NCBI GenBank assembly: GCA_051362555.1
Contig: CM120641.1
Span: 2,046,001-2,110,000 of the forward strand
DNA: 64,000 bases
Direction: 5' to 3'
DNA from: Lingula anatina
Lineage: Eukaryota; Animalia; Brachiopoda
Shown: piece after piece, positions 12,957-27,100 of the stretch
How the letters are laid out: the number at the start of each line of letters is the position of its first letter
Position numbering within the stretch: the first letter of the stretch is position 1
Translations under genes and position numbers: made by a program
The notes under the pieces: generated by a model
What the model saw: only the letters and a program-made list of their open reading frames with translations
Database searches by the model: none
What the model was told of the DNA's origin: nothing

Positions 12957-15243
12957 TCAGATGTGATTTGTTTTGAAAGAAAAACTTTTGTTGTCTTCAG
13001 TGTACAGATGGCTCAGGATCTTTGGGAATTGTTAGAAGTAAATTTTGGGGAGGGTGGATGCTCAAAGAGCTGGGTTCCCCTATAGACATGGAAATTTCAA
13101 CTAGTCAACTGCTGCTGGTACAAGAATATATTAAATGTCTGTTGCACTCCTGTCCATCAGGGAAAATAAAACAAGATATTGAAAAATCAACTTCACCTGA
13201 TTTTCAAAAAGAAACTCATTTTAAAAAACAGAATCCATCAATTTTGAAATCATGCTTTTATTGAGTGGCGAATACAAAGTTTAATCATTTTAAGGCATCT
13301 CTAGAACAGTCATAACAACATCAAAGCTGGCAAGGAAAGATGGCTTCTGGTGCTCCTAGTCTAAGTTTTCTGCAAGCAGAGGTGCTCACCTATGGACGAC
13401 CAGCACCCATAGTAGTAACACCAAATTTTGACCGTTATAATATTGTTAACAAAGTTAAAATAAAATGACCCCAAAATTGTTTTGAGCGCTTCACATTTTC
13501 ATCTGATTGTGAAAATTTGGCAACCTGTTTTGATCTGGCAAGACACAAGATTATTTAATATAAGTGACTGTTAACATCATTTCATCTCCTTTACCTGAAG
13601 TCTCCTTAATTGTTATCAGACGAAAGCAAGAAAATTGAAAAATTACTTAACAGAGAATCTATAAAATTATAAAATTATAAATGTCCAGAAACATTAAATG
13701 GAATAAAAGGAGTACCTGAAGAAGTCCCGAAGTTTTGTAATTACCCTGTAATGATAAAAGTGGACACAGAGGTACTTGGGTTAAAATCGATCAATTCAAG
13801 GAGAGTGAAACTAGTGGCAAATGGATTGCTTATGTTAATCAGTAGTTCATGCTATTAGTGCTGTGAGAAAAGAATATTTCATAATTTGTTCACATGCATT
13901 TAACAATACCAACTTACACAACTTCAGTATTATATAATGTACAGTATGCAGTATTGTTCCTTTAAAATGCTCATATGACATCAATATGTTTGGATCTTAA
14001 CAAAAATAACAATGATGCTTTTGGGGCCAGAAAAAATATTTTGTGGTTAAAAAACTTTTAAAAACCAGTCACATTTTACTACAAATTAATAAAACTTTGA
14101 TTAACAAGTTTAAAGGGCTTAAGCCCAATAAAAAGCAATCCAATATATCATAAATTGGACATTTTTTATCAATATCAATTTGTATGCAAAATAATTATCT
14201 TTTAATGATTGTTATTATCATTACAATAAGCATAAAAAGTGAAAGACAATAATTCCTTGGCACCTTGTCCTACAGACAATATTTCTTGATAAAATATTTT
14301 AAATTCTTATTAACATTTTCAACACATTAACAATATTAAACACTTTTCAATCCCCTTTCGTGAAATGTTTTACTTTCATCTTTCAAAAGATAATCGCAAT
14401 AAAGGGCTAATACTTTTAACTGCCACTTTTAGGTTGATATTCTATCAATAAAATGGAATGAAATAAAACGTTCTGGGGTGGTTAAATACAAGTGTTAGTT
14501 TGAATATTCTAACACATTCACCTTTTAATGTTTCACATACAACATGTTGTAGATAATGTATATGTACAAATAACTTTTTTATAGTACTCATATGAAGTAA
14601 TACTGTTGAAATAATTTGGTCAGAGAGTGGAAAATCACTTCATCTTCACATACATACTCTGAACACAACAATTATATATAGTACAGCACAGTAAATATAA
14701 CAATTTTTCTCATCCATCTTCAGAAAAAAGATTATAGTCAGTACCTAAACACATTTTACTGTGCTGATGTCTTGACTCGAGTGTGCTGCCACTGATAACA
14801 ATAAATAATAACATTTGTACCAAACCAGGAGCTGGATTTTCAAAACACACATATTTAACAAGTACAACAAATGTGACATGACTCCTGCATCAAGTCAGGG
14901 TTTTGGTACTTATCACACAAAAAAATTAAAGAAAAAGGATTATTCAGGAAAAAATATTAGGCTATATATTATTTAACAAAGACTTCAGAGGTGTAGAAAA
15001 GTACCACCGGGACAAAGGAAGGAAGTTCAAACATTCCAAGACAAGTTTGTCCATTAATGCCATTTTTTTGGACACTTCAGTGCCATTGCACTTCCTGTAG
15101 GTTAATTGCTATGGATATTTGTTTAGAGCTGTAACCCTTTTTTTTTTTTTTTTTTTTTTGGAAGACTGCAAAGACTACAGCATCTTCACATATATGCAGC
15201 ATTTTTTGCAACCAATACTTTCAAACAGTCTTTAGGAAATTTC

Positions 15244-18200
15244 CTAGAATCGTTTTGGTTTTGGTGGACGCGCTGGCGGTGGCGGTGGTGCTGGCATGCT
15301 GGGAATGTCATCATAATTCTCCTCTACTGGCTCCTTGACTGCACTCTCCGTCTGCTCTGGTGCTTCTTCTTCACCACTTCTTACTCCTTTGACTATGTTC
15401 TTTGAGAACATTTGCTTAATAACCTGCAGATTAGATAACAAAATTCAGAGTTTAAATTTTCTATAAACTTATGTGGAAGCCATGACTTCTAAAGTAAAAC
15501 AGTAAGCAAAACCAGCTGAAATAACTAAGTAAGACCAAGGTTGGACTTACATGTGTAATTTATCCAAGATCAAGAACATCTATTATTTTTAAACTCATAT
15601 TATTTGCCACAGAATCCTTTCATATCTGATCATTTATATGTACAAATAGCTTCTTTTTTCATAGTATTCACATGGAGCAAGGTTCTTTCACTTCTTTAAC
15701 AGTATTACTACTCACATCATCGTAGCCTCCACCCCTAGGTCTCCGAGGTGAGGCAGGACTCCTCACAGCACCTGTCGTCTGCTCAACTACTGTGCTGCCC
15801 TCTGCAGGATTTGTGGTTGTGAAGGGGGTTGGTGACATTCTTGCCCTGACTTGGGGCTTGGCAGGAGGTGGCGGTGCTTGTTCTGGTGACAGTGACGTAG
15901 TTGTGGGTGGTGAGGGTGTAGGTCTAGCCGGTACCGGGGGTGAAGTGGTGTCTGATTGGGTGTGTAGCTGAGGTTTGAGATCTTTTGGTGGTGGTGCAGG
16001 TTTCTTGGGAATGTGAGGGGGCATGGGGGATTTGACTCCAGGTTTGGGGGGTCTAGGAGGAATGGGCAGGGAAATGTCCGTTTCCATCAATTTCTGTAGC
16101 TTTTCAGCTGATTGCTGAAGTGCAATGGTGAATAAATATTAGAAATGTGCATGCAATGAAATTTTTCACTAATTTAATATCACACATGGTTTTGAAAGTG
16201 TTAGCAAAGCAATTATAAACACTCTAGTTCCAATTTTCTTTCTTTTCAATTATATTTTCATCATTATATTTACTAATTTATAAATACATCTTCATGTTTC
16301 ATTTATACCTTCTTTTCAATTTCATTTCAAATACCTTAAATTAAAAATTGCCCAAAATTTCAGCACTATTTTTGTTATTAACCTCCTTCATCCCATGGGG
16401 TGATAGCATGCAATCATTTTTCCAGCATCTGACCATAATTTTATTTGAAAATGCACATCTAGACAAAGTTGTATTTGTGTTAAAAAGTTTGTTATCCAAC
16501 TTACTCTGTGACTTGCTTCTTTCCCTGAAGCTTGGGGGGAACACTGTTCCTCTTCGATTGGCGCCATTGGATCTCCAATACTCTGTTAATTAAGAGGGAA
16601 TAAATCTTACAATATACAAATTTATTGTGAGATAAATCAGAGGTCCATACTGTTAATTTTATTCATTCTATCAATTTTCTATTTCAAATTAACTGTACTT
16701 TCAGTTTCCAACAAATATTTATCATTTTCTTTACATACTGCAATTTCATATTATTATAAATATAAATTGCATTATATAATGAAGGAAATCTGTTAACAGT
16801 TAGGGTGTAATTCACAATGGACACTAACTTACACCTTTTCTTCAGTTCATAACTAGCTGATGTTGTGTTAGCTGTGATTTTGTTAGGTATGATTGTGTTA
16901 GGTTTGACAGTGTGAATGTGTGTGTTCAGACAAGGCCTACTCAAAGCCAACAGCTTGTCTAATGAGATGGACTGGTTAGATCGGGGACATACTTGTAACT
17001 AGTCTAAACAGACCTTCAGATGAGGCACCGTGTTAACATGAGTATTTAAATTAATAAAATAAAATTATAATAATATCAATAATAAAAGTTAGGTGAAATG
17101 GAGACTGTTACACATAACCAGATGATATTGCGTTAGGTGTGAATGTGTTCTGTGTGACAGTGTGAATGTGTGTGTTCAGACAAGGCCTATTTGTGGCCAA
17201 TCAGCCATTTGTGGCCAACGCAATTAGATAAACTGGTTAGATCAGGGACATACTTGTAACTTGTCTAAATTACAGACCGTCAGATGAGGCACCGTGTCAA
17301 CATGAATATTCAAATTAATAAAATAAAATTATTCTAACATTAATTATAAAAGTTAGGTGCAAATAATGTTAACTACCTCTGATAGTCTAGTTTTTTCAGT
17401 AGAAGGGTGACCCCATCTTGGGGGATCTGTGCCATGTACCTCTTCACTACTGTACGAGCCACTGTCACGAACACTGGAGCGCGAGTCGTCGGAAGAAGTA
17501 CCTAAAATAGAACATTATGTGTCACTATAATACTGGAGTCTTGACAATTGACTAGATTATCAACAGTCATTACATTTATGTACACCATGCCAGGCTATCC
17601 CCCTACCCAAGGTTCTGAAGCATATAGGAAGACACAGCGCCTCATCTAGAAGTTCTGATTATAAATTTTTGTGTTACAAGAAAATTTATCAATTAAAAAT
17701 AACTGATTTGGGTATTTTGGAGATTTTAATCTTACTTTCATAAAAAGAAATTTGATACCAGTTCACTGGCAGTTCGTTAAGGAAACATTTCTCTCTTGGG
17801 GCAATAACTGGAATGTTTTTCTGGAAGGTTTTGTACCATAAGCCCTCAATCATCATTCAATATTTCTATAATATCAAATCTGTTTTATTATGAAAAAGAT
17901 ACTGGGACAATGTAACTAAATGACAGCCATCAAGACAACAGATACTGGGACAAAGTGACTCAATGACAGCCATCAAGACAACAGATACTGGGACAATGTG
18001 ACTCAATGACAGCCATCAAGACAACAGATACTGGGACAATGTGACTCAATGATAGTCATCAAGACAACAAACTGGGACAATGTGACTCAATGACAGCCAT
18101 CAAGACAACAGAAACTGGGACAATGTGACTCAATGACAGCCATCAAGACAACAGATACTGGGACAATGTGACTCAATGATAGTCATCAAGACAACAAACT

Positions 18201-21117
18201 GGGACAATGTGACTCAATGACAGCCATCAAGACAACAGAAACTGGGACAATGTAACTCAATGACAGCCATCAAGACAACAGATACTGGGACAATGTAACT
18301 CAATGAAAGCCATCAAGACAACAGAAACTGGGACAATGTGACTCAATGACAGCCATCAAGACAACAGATACTGGGACAATGTGACTCAATGACAGCCATC
18401 AAGACAACAGATACTGGAACAATGTAACTCAATGAAAGCCATCAAGACAACAGATACTGGGACAATGTGACTCAATGACAGCCATCAAGACAACAGATAC
18501 TGGGACAATGTGACTCAATGATAGTCATCAAGACAACAAACTGGGACAATGTGACTCAATGATAGTCATCAAGACAACAAACTGGGACAATGTGACTCAA
18601 TGACAGCCATCAAGACAACAGATACTGGGACAATGTGACTCAATGATAGTCATCAAGACAACAAACTGGGACAATGTGACTCAATGACAGCCATCAAGAC
18701 AACAGAAACTGGGACAATGTAACTCAATGACAGCCATCAAGACAACAGATACTGGGACAATGTAACTCAATGAAAGCCATCAAGACAACAGAAACTGGGA
18801 CAATGTGACTCAATGACAGCCATCAAGACAACAGATACTGGGACAATGTGACTCAATGACAGCCATCAAGACAACAGATACTGGGACAATGTGACTCAAT
18901 GACAGTCATCAAGACAACAGATACTGGGACAATGTGACTCAATGACAGTCATCAAGACAACATATACTGGGACAATGTGACTCAATGACAGCCATCAAGA
19001 CAACAGATACTGGGACAATGTGACTCAATGACAGCCATCAAGACAATCGATACTGGGACAATATGACTCTCAAGACAACAGATACTGGGACAATGTGACT
19101 CAATGACAGCCATCAAGACAACAGATACTGGGACAATGTGACTCAATGACAGCCATCAAGACAATCGATACTGGGACAATATGACTCTCAAGACAACATA
19201 TACTGGGACAATGTGACTCACAAGACAACAGATACTGGGACAATGTGACTCAATGACAGCCATCAAGACAACAGATACTGGGACAATGTGACTCAATGAC
19301 AGCCATCAAGACAACAGATACTGGGACAAAAAAAAATGCTCCAAACTGCAACATAGGACATGTAATGTTTAATAACAGATTGAAAAGATAAGCAGGTGTT
19401 CTCAAAAGAACAGCAAGGTTGGTAGTAGAAAAATAAAAGCAACAATAGGAGAAATCATCAATCTAAAAAGAAGACCAGTGCCTTCTCATTGAAACACTGA
19501 AGGGGACAAAAGACAGGAAAGAGCTGGCTTTATAAAAGCCACTGTTAACTATAACGGAAACATCCAGTCCTTGAACAACACCATAAAAGAAAACTCAGCA
19601 TCTGCCACAATTGATTACAGAGTAGGGGCATGCTAAACTTGTTCTAAAATGTACTTACCTTTCAAATCCGTTAGACTATAAAAGGGAACATAAAAGTTGC
19701 AAAAATATATTTTTTTGTCTGTATCTTTTATTTGTGCTTTGTAATTGTGTAGAGAAGTACTGGCTGATACATGGTGATAGCAATGACTGTATCATTTGTA
19801 CTTGGTAATAACTCTGTATGTATCAATTCAAATTGTTGTTTTTCTTTTTATCAAGAGCTTGTAAAATATGTGGGTATTACCACCAATATTTCTGTGACTG
19901 TCAGTCACTATCATCAGGGAGTAAATGACTAGGGTCATTTAACCTGGAATGAGAATCCAGGTCAATTGCCCCTAATCATTTGAAATGACCCTAGTCATTT
20001 ACTCCCTGATGATGGTGACTGACAGTCACAGAAATATTGGAGGTAATACCCACATATTTTACAAGCTCTTGATAAAAAGAAAAACAACAATTTGAATTGA
20101 ACACATTTACTTGCTTCATTAACTTATTAGCACAAAAACTATACATAATCAATCCAAACTTACTGCTGTTGCTGGATGTGCTAACTCGGTCCTGTTGCAG
20201 GCCTCTGGTAAACTTCTGCTGCATGTCTACCTTTGTTATGTTCCTGATCTGTAACAGAAACATTGCCAATTCTGCAAAGATTGATACGAAATAATATTAT
20301 GCCATATCATTATCACAACATTGGTTTTCAAAAATAATTTCTATAAATAGTCAAAGAAAAAGGAAGATAGAATCATACCTCTAGACTTGATGCTGATGCT
20401 AACTTTTCAATTGTAGGGAGACTCGGCTTGCTTTTCTTCTTAGTAAACACATTAAACATGGATTTCTTGGTCTTATCACACTTTTCCATTGCTTTTTGAT
20501 TTTGGTTCTTGAATTCTTGCAACATATCCTAATAAAAGACAGACGTATGTCATATGAAAAAAATAGCATGATAAGAGATCTGAAGAATGTTTAACCAAAT
20601 TGACTGAAATGTCAGTGAGCTGTCATCCTGTCCTCAGCTATTGTATTCCACTGAAGTTTCTTAGTTTTGCCACTCACTGGGGGTGGCTATGGAAACAAGC
20701 AGCACATGCTGTATATACAACACTTCATCAAGCCATCATAACTTCACCATCAGCTGATTTTAATGGCAATTCATTAAATTTCATTTTGTCAATATTTAAC
20801 CCCTACAGCACATGAGAATACAATACATGTAGATCGAGCAGAATATGATAGGATACAACACAAATACCTTAAACTTAACAAAAATAGTAATAATGATAAT
20901 AATAATATACTTTACCTTTCTTTCCTTAAAGGATTTTGGTGGACTTGCGTATCTCTTATTCCAGTCTTCAAACAGGAGCGTCACGTCCTCCATGCTGAGG
21001 TCGCCTCTCTTGAACTCCTCCTGGATGTCCTTCAGTTGCTGGAGACTGTTGGACTCTGGACTGACCACAGAGACTGGACCTACAACAGGATGGAATTGTG
21101 TTAGGTGTGACCTGAAC

Positions 21118-21154
<37 letters not shown>

Positions 21155-24100
21155 CCCTGGATATGATTCTTAAAGAACAACAGGATGGCATTGCGTTAGT
21201 TGTGACAACAGGGTGCACTATTAGTCTGTTCCAAAAATGTTGAAAAGCACCCTGTGATATTTCGAGCAGTCAATGGGAAGGTGTGACCTGACAATGTTAT
21301 AGATGTGACAGTGCTGTAGATGTGACAGTGTGTTAGATGTGACAGTGTGTTAGATGTGACAGTGTATTAGATGTGACAGTTGTGAGATGTAACAGTGTGC
21401 TAAATGTAACAGTGTGTTAGATTTAACAGTGAATTGTGTTCACTCCCACCTCTCCTTTGTTGCACAGCCATTATGCCACCAGATGGCTCTGACGCCATTT
21501 TTGACATGATAGGAAGCGTTGCACTACTGGCAGCTCCAAACTGAGTGTCAGCATACTCATAGTCTACGTCTGGACTCTTCAGAGAGCCTGGCCTTCCTGT
21601 AAACATGTAGGAAAATTAAGTTAAACAGGTGCTTGTATATTCCATTATATTTGTTTATATATATATATATATACATGATAACTTGCTCAAAGGATAATAT
21701 TCCACACAAGCACACATTTTATACTTTATAACTTACAGTAATTTTAAAATGTTAAAGTTGTGCATAACAAAAGAGCAAAATAAAATTCATAGTAGTAAAA
21801 TCATAACCACAATGCCATATTCTATCCATCCCTGCTGGGGTAAACCCTGGCTCTTTACTGCATATGATACTAAACATATTTCATAATTTTCCAAAAATCA
21901 TTGAAATAATATCAAAATGTTTTGATAACCTTAAAACAAAATATTTTTTTCTAGAAAATGACAAGCACTTCATTTGCTTGGCAGAATTCAACCAATTCAG
22001 GCGCCTAAACTTATGAATAAAACTCACCAAATTTAGCTTTGAATTTATCAAATTTTGTCTGCTTTTTCCCCAATTTCAGAGTGTGTATATATGGAAGAGA
22101 TTGTGAACGGGTTTTGATCCCCACCACATCTTCTACATAAGGAGTACTTGGCTCAGAATTAGAGTCAAGCTGCGTAGGTTCTACATTGTGCACATTAACC
22201 GGGAGCTCGGATGGTCTATCTTTACCTCTAGCTAGAAAGCAATGTTAGCAGCAAACAATGCATCACTTCAGATACATTTCTAAAGTTTGATGAGAAAGAG
22301 CAGGTGACATCACTTATTTATTGTTTTCTCATTAAATCAAAACCAAATCAAAATTAAAAAATTTACAATGCATTAAATCAAAGCAGATGAACCGTCGCCA
22401 CTGATATGTTTCCTCTGTCTTGATAATACAAAATAATTTAAAATTTCAAAAAGATGATGTCAACTACTTCTCTCAACCATGCTCATTAAACAGAGTAACT
22501 AATCCAACTGGCATCAAAAAATGATCACATTAACATAGGTTTTAAACAATGGTCTCTATAGGACAGGTGGGGTGGGGGTGGGGGTGGGATCCCATGTGAT
22601 CTGATGATGTCATTAAGACTAGTAGGGATTTAACTGAGCATGGCCCTAAATGAGTAAAAGAGCACTTTCTGATTTGAGCTACAGCTACCAACACATTTAA
22701 AGCTGTTACTGTTAAACTGCAACACAAATACCCACTACCTAGTAAGTACAATAAAATATTAAACACATGCTTAATGAATATATAAATATATTTGTTAGTA
22801 TTAGTAAGTTATCATTTCAGTGAAAAAAAAGCAGAGTCTTGTAAATACAAACCAGGTGGCAGCAGAGGTGGGTCACCTGCAGGCGGCGCCACTGTTGCCA
22901 GAGTAGGAGGCAGAGAGGAAGGAGGAGGCATGGTGGGCGAACTCGAAGGTGAATGTCCTGTGAATATGTCAGAAGATACAACTTACTGGAATATCTCTAA
23001 CAAGTCATTAAATGAATAAAATAAAAGTCAAAGAAGAGACACAGCAAACACAAAGAGTGCAAAGATGTACTCAGTATCATGTCAAAGCAATAGATCAGTA
23101 CTTGCAAAGAAAAATAATAATAGGTAATCAAAAATGCAGGCCTGTAGTAAGGGTGTCTAAGAGGGTTCAAATGAACCACCGCTTTGCTGGGAAAAGGTCC
23201 ATTCTTGAACAAATTTGATCTAGATTCATGAAGATTTCATGGTAAAAGGTCCACTTCCCCCCCCCCCCCCAAAAAAAAAAAAAAAAAAAAAAGAGAGAGA
23301 GAGAGAGACCCCTCTTTAAAATTGCTGGCTACTGGTCTGATATGTCATTATTAAGCAATATAATAGGCCAAAATAAACTGATATGATTTCTATAGTATGT
23401 GTCAGCACCTCTCATTGATATGTAGCCTGGGATGACAGGGGAGCCACTGGCATCAGGGACATCAGAGTACACCTCTGGGGAACCAAGTGGAATAGCCACA
23501 GGAAATGGGCGATCATAACCAGCATTGCCTGAAATAATGTATTCCATATTTCTTTATTTAAACAAGTGTGTGTTTGATACAATGACTATGATGTTACAAA
23601 AGAATGCAAATTTCAAAGGAAAATAATAAATTCCAATAGTGTTAATAGTACAAAGAGTTCTGGTACATGTGTCAACAGACATAAGAGATACCAATAAGTG
23701 AATCTGCATGGAAAGTACATGTGGCTAAGCCATACATACCCCTTATGTACTTCATGTCATCATACATATGTCTTCCACCATGCATAGTCATATATATGTC
23801 ATCAACCACTTCTTCAGTTGACTAGAAAATATCAAAAAATGGAACTTTGGCATATAGATCCAGTATTTGATTCTGGTTATGTGAACAGTGGTGTAAAGGT
23901 ATCTGTATATGAAACTGTTTTGACACTGTTTGCTTATACTGACTAAGGCATATTTTGCATTGAGTGGTACATTTAACTGTACCGGTACGTTTTGAAAGGT
24001 CCTAATATGTAATTATGGTAATGGCTCGATCATTTCAACCAGGAAAAATTGTGCCTTTTCAAAATACTGTATACATATCATATTTTCTAAAGAAATAAAT

Positions 24101-27100
24101 TATATTAGATAAATAAATTCTGTACAGATACTGAATCTTTTAAGCTATAAATTCTTAAAATTAGATCATTCCTATTCAGTGATGGCAACACAATTGAAAA
24201 GCAGACTACTTAATCATTCTAGTCTATACATGCAGTAAAAGCACCAAAATGATACACAGAATTTTTTTTAATGATTACAAAATTATTATATGTATCTGGA
24301 AAATGGATAATTTTTCCTGGATGAAATGATCGTACCATTTCCATGCACTTCCATTCATAAATTCTTCAACTATTCTTAAATTGACAGTGTCAAACATGGG
24401 GACTCTGTTTAGTTGTCTCCCTTATGTAATATCGAGACTATTAAGTCATCGTTCTCGCAAAGTTGACCAGTCCAGTTAAATCTACCACTGGACATGAAAA
24501 GAGTTATGGCCGGTTGTGCTGGTTGTCACAATGTCACAACATTATTACAGGGCTCATTGCGTTAGGTGTGACACTATAGCATATCCCATACTCACAATAA
24601 ACTCCTCCATCAACTCAGCCAGTTCTTCATGACCTGCTTTCTCAGCTATCAAATTTGGATAGTCGCCATCGCAATTCTCTACGTGGAAGGCCTCCCTCGC
24701 GCCCGGGCAACTCAAAAGGAGGTTGCACAGCTCCTTGAGTCCAAATTTGGCAGCGAAATGAATGAGGGTTGGGAGTTCTTTGCTGCTTTTCTCTTCTAAA
24801 AATGAAGTACGTATTAGTTTTATAATTGTGCAGTTGTCAAATTATGTTAAATAATTGAAGCACTACACATTCTAAATGTATCAAAATGTATAAACAGTAA
24901 CAGTAACAAAGAACTGAATATAATCAGTTTTGATTAAGAATTACTATAAATACAAGCAAATATATATAAACCTTTCATATTCTGAAATTGAGCTCCAAGT
25001 TAATTAAAAGAAATTAGATCATATCCATTTCTCACAAATATTTCAATGGAGACTAAGTTTCTATTTTCATATGAAAAATCACGTCTTCATAATAAACATC
25101 CATACTTATCACAGTAGTTGTTCATGATTGAAATGATTCATCCCCTACTCAGATCTGATCAAATATCTGCTATCCTGGTATTTTTGGTATTATTTTCTAA
25201 GCTTATGTAAATACTAGGTATATTCATGACTCTGACCTTTAGTCTCCCTTTGAAGAAAGTATTATCATATTTTTTTTCATGCAAAACAATTCCTGTTAGA
25301 AATCCTTTCCTGAACAACTTCCTGGTTTTAGGGTTGTAAGTGCAAATGTCATATCTTTTGTAAACAAGTGGAAACATTGGAATGGCAGCAACCCTGACAT
25401 TTAGCTCATGTTTAAAGAAACAGTTTATTGTTGTTACAGTAACTATACATGCAAAACATAGGCGCTCTAATTATTTGCTGAGCTACTTCCTGGTTTTTGG
25501 GTGTTTGTTCAAATGCCAATAATTACTACGTACTAACTTTCACTTAATGAAAGCCCACAGATTCACTTCGGAAGGTTGTCTAAAATTTTTTAAAGTTTAT
25601 AAGCATTTATATGTAAAGGCATACAAGGACACAAAAATCATACCATCAAATAAATTCCATTCATTCATTTGGAGGCATAAAGATAACCAAAAGCATGCAT
25701 GTCTAGATATTCACATGATATTTTATATATTTCACATTACATATTATTTTGTTCATGTGAAAATTAAGAATATATATTCACTGTCTATAAAATTCATGCT
25801 GTTAGTAGTACAAGGGTATCATGAAGTGAATTTTTACTCAACCTTTGGTTTAAAAATCTAAGTGCCCACCAAAAATTTACAGAAAGGAGCATAAAAACCT
25901 GTCGGCATTAGTATAAACTTTTGCATCTTTCTTATACCTGAAAACAATAAGTAGCCAAATTATCCGGATAATTGTTTTTTTTTTTTTTGTTTGTTTTTTT
26001 TTATCATGAAAAAAAAAAAAATGAGGTGGGTCCCAAAACACAAGGAAACAACCAACACAATACTATCTCTACCAGTCTCACCAAACACAATCCCTTACCC
26101 TGCTGCTGTCGATAAGACTGGAACAGTCCTAGCATTCCCTGCTCAGGCATAGCCTTTTGAAACATTTCAGACAGTGCCTGGTCAACTGCCTCAGTGTTAG
26201 CACTGTCCACACCCAGAGCACTGCTCAGGAGGGACAGAGGGGTTAGGGTTACTTGTAAGAGGGCGGTCAGCTCATCTAACTGGGTCAAGAAGTCCACACC
26301 CTGTATACCCAGGCATTTGCCTTCATCATAAATGGCAAAGTTGATAGTCCCTGATTGGACATCATCTGAAATAAAGGATTGGTACCACTGTCACCAGCAG
26401 CCAAGGATATTTTTTTCAGGTGTTACATCTAAATTATTTATTTATTTATCTATTTACCTACAAAACCACCTTGAAAAGATCAATAAAAAACAATCAAAAA
26501 TTAAATTACACAACAAAAAAGAAAAAATATATAATAATATATAAAATAAATATATATAAAATATATAAAACTTCATAGAGTATAAAAGAAAATTTTAAAG
26601 CTTTAAAGATACATTTTACATTGTATCTGTGGCAGTATGACCAACATGACTGCCTGTATCTAATTCTCTTCAAAACAAGTCACATCTTACAGTTGGGTAC
26701 AGGGCTGTACTGGTATTATATCAATACAAACTGATTATTATCTTTTCTATATAAAGTTCTGAATGTATCTGAAATTATAATTGTAAATGTGAGCCAGAAA
26801 CTCATTCTCACAGAACTTATCATTTTCACACCTTATAAGTCTAATAAGTTACAGGTAATTCAACAGTTTTAATTACCTGGAAGTATGATCTTGTATGTCA
26901 GCACATTGATCTTCTTCTTCTGAATTTCTTCTCTTCTATCAGGATACTGAATGTAAACTTTGGGATTGCTGGGCTGACTGTGGAATGTGGCAATGATGTC
27001 GTCTTTGTTCTAAAAAAAATTTTTTTTTCAGGTTTTGAAAATTAAAAATATACAATTATAAACTGATCTGTGTTTTTAGTTACAATGATTGTGTTGAGGT

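Noticed and set aside
16505-16582. Additional BCAP-like exon (YWRSNGANRRGTVFPQ...)
   Set aside because: It has a good donor, but the phase fits only with a rare GAG acceptor, and the flanking exons join in frame without it. Left unresolved.
17010-17300. Hammerhead-like CAGATGAG in the duplicated block
   Set aside because: The core is not CTGANGA, and there is no GAAA partner or stem set.
17898-19329. CRISPR-like regular array
   Set aside because: Units abut with no unique spacers, there are no cas genes, and it lies in a eukaryotic intron. It is a minisatellite.
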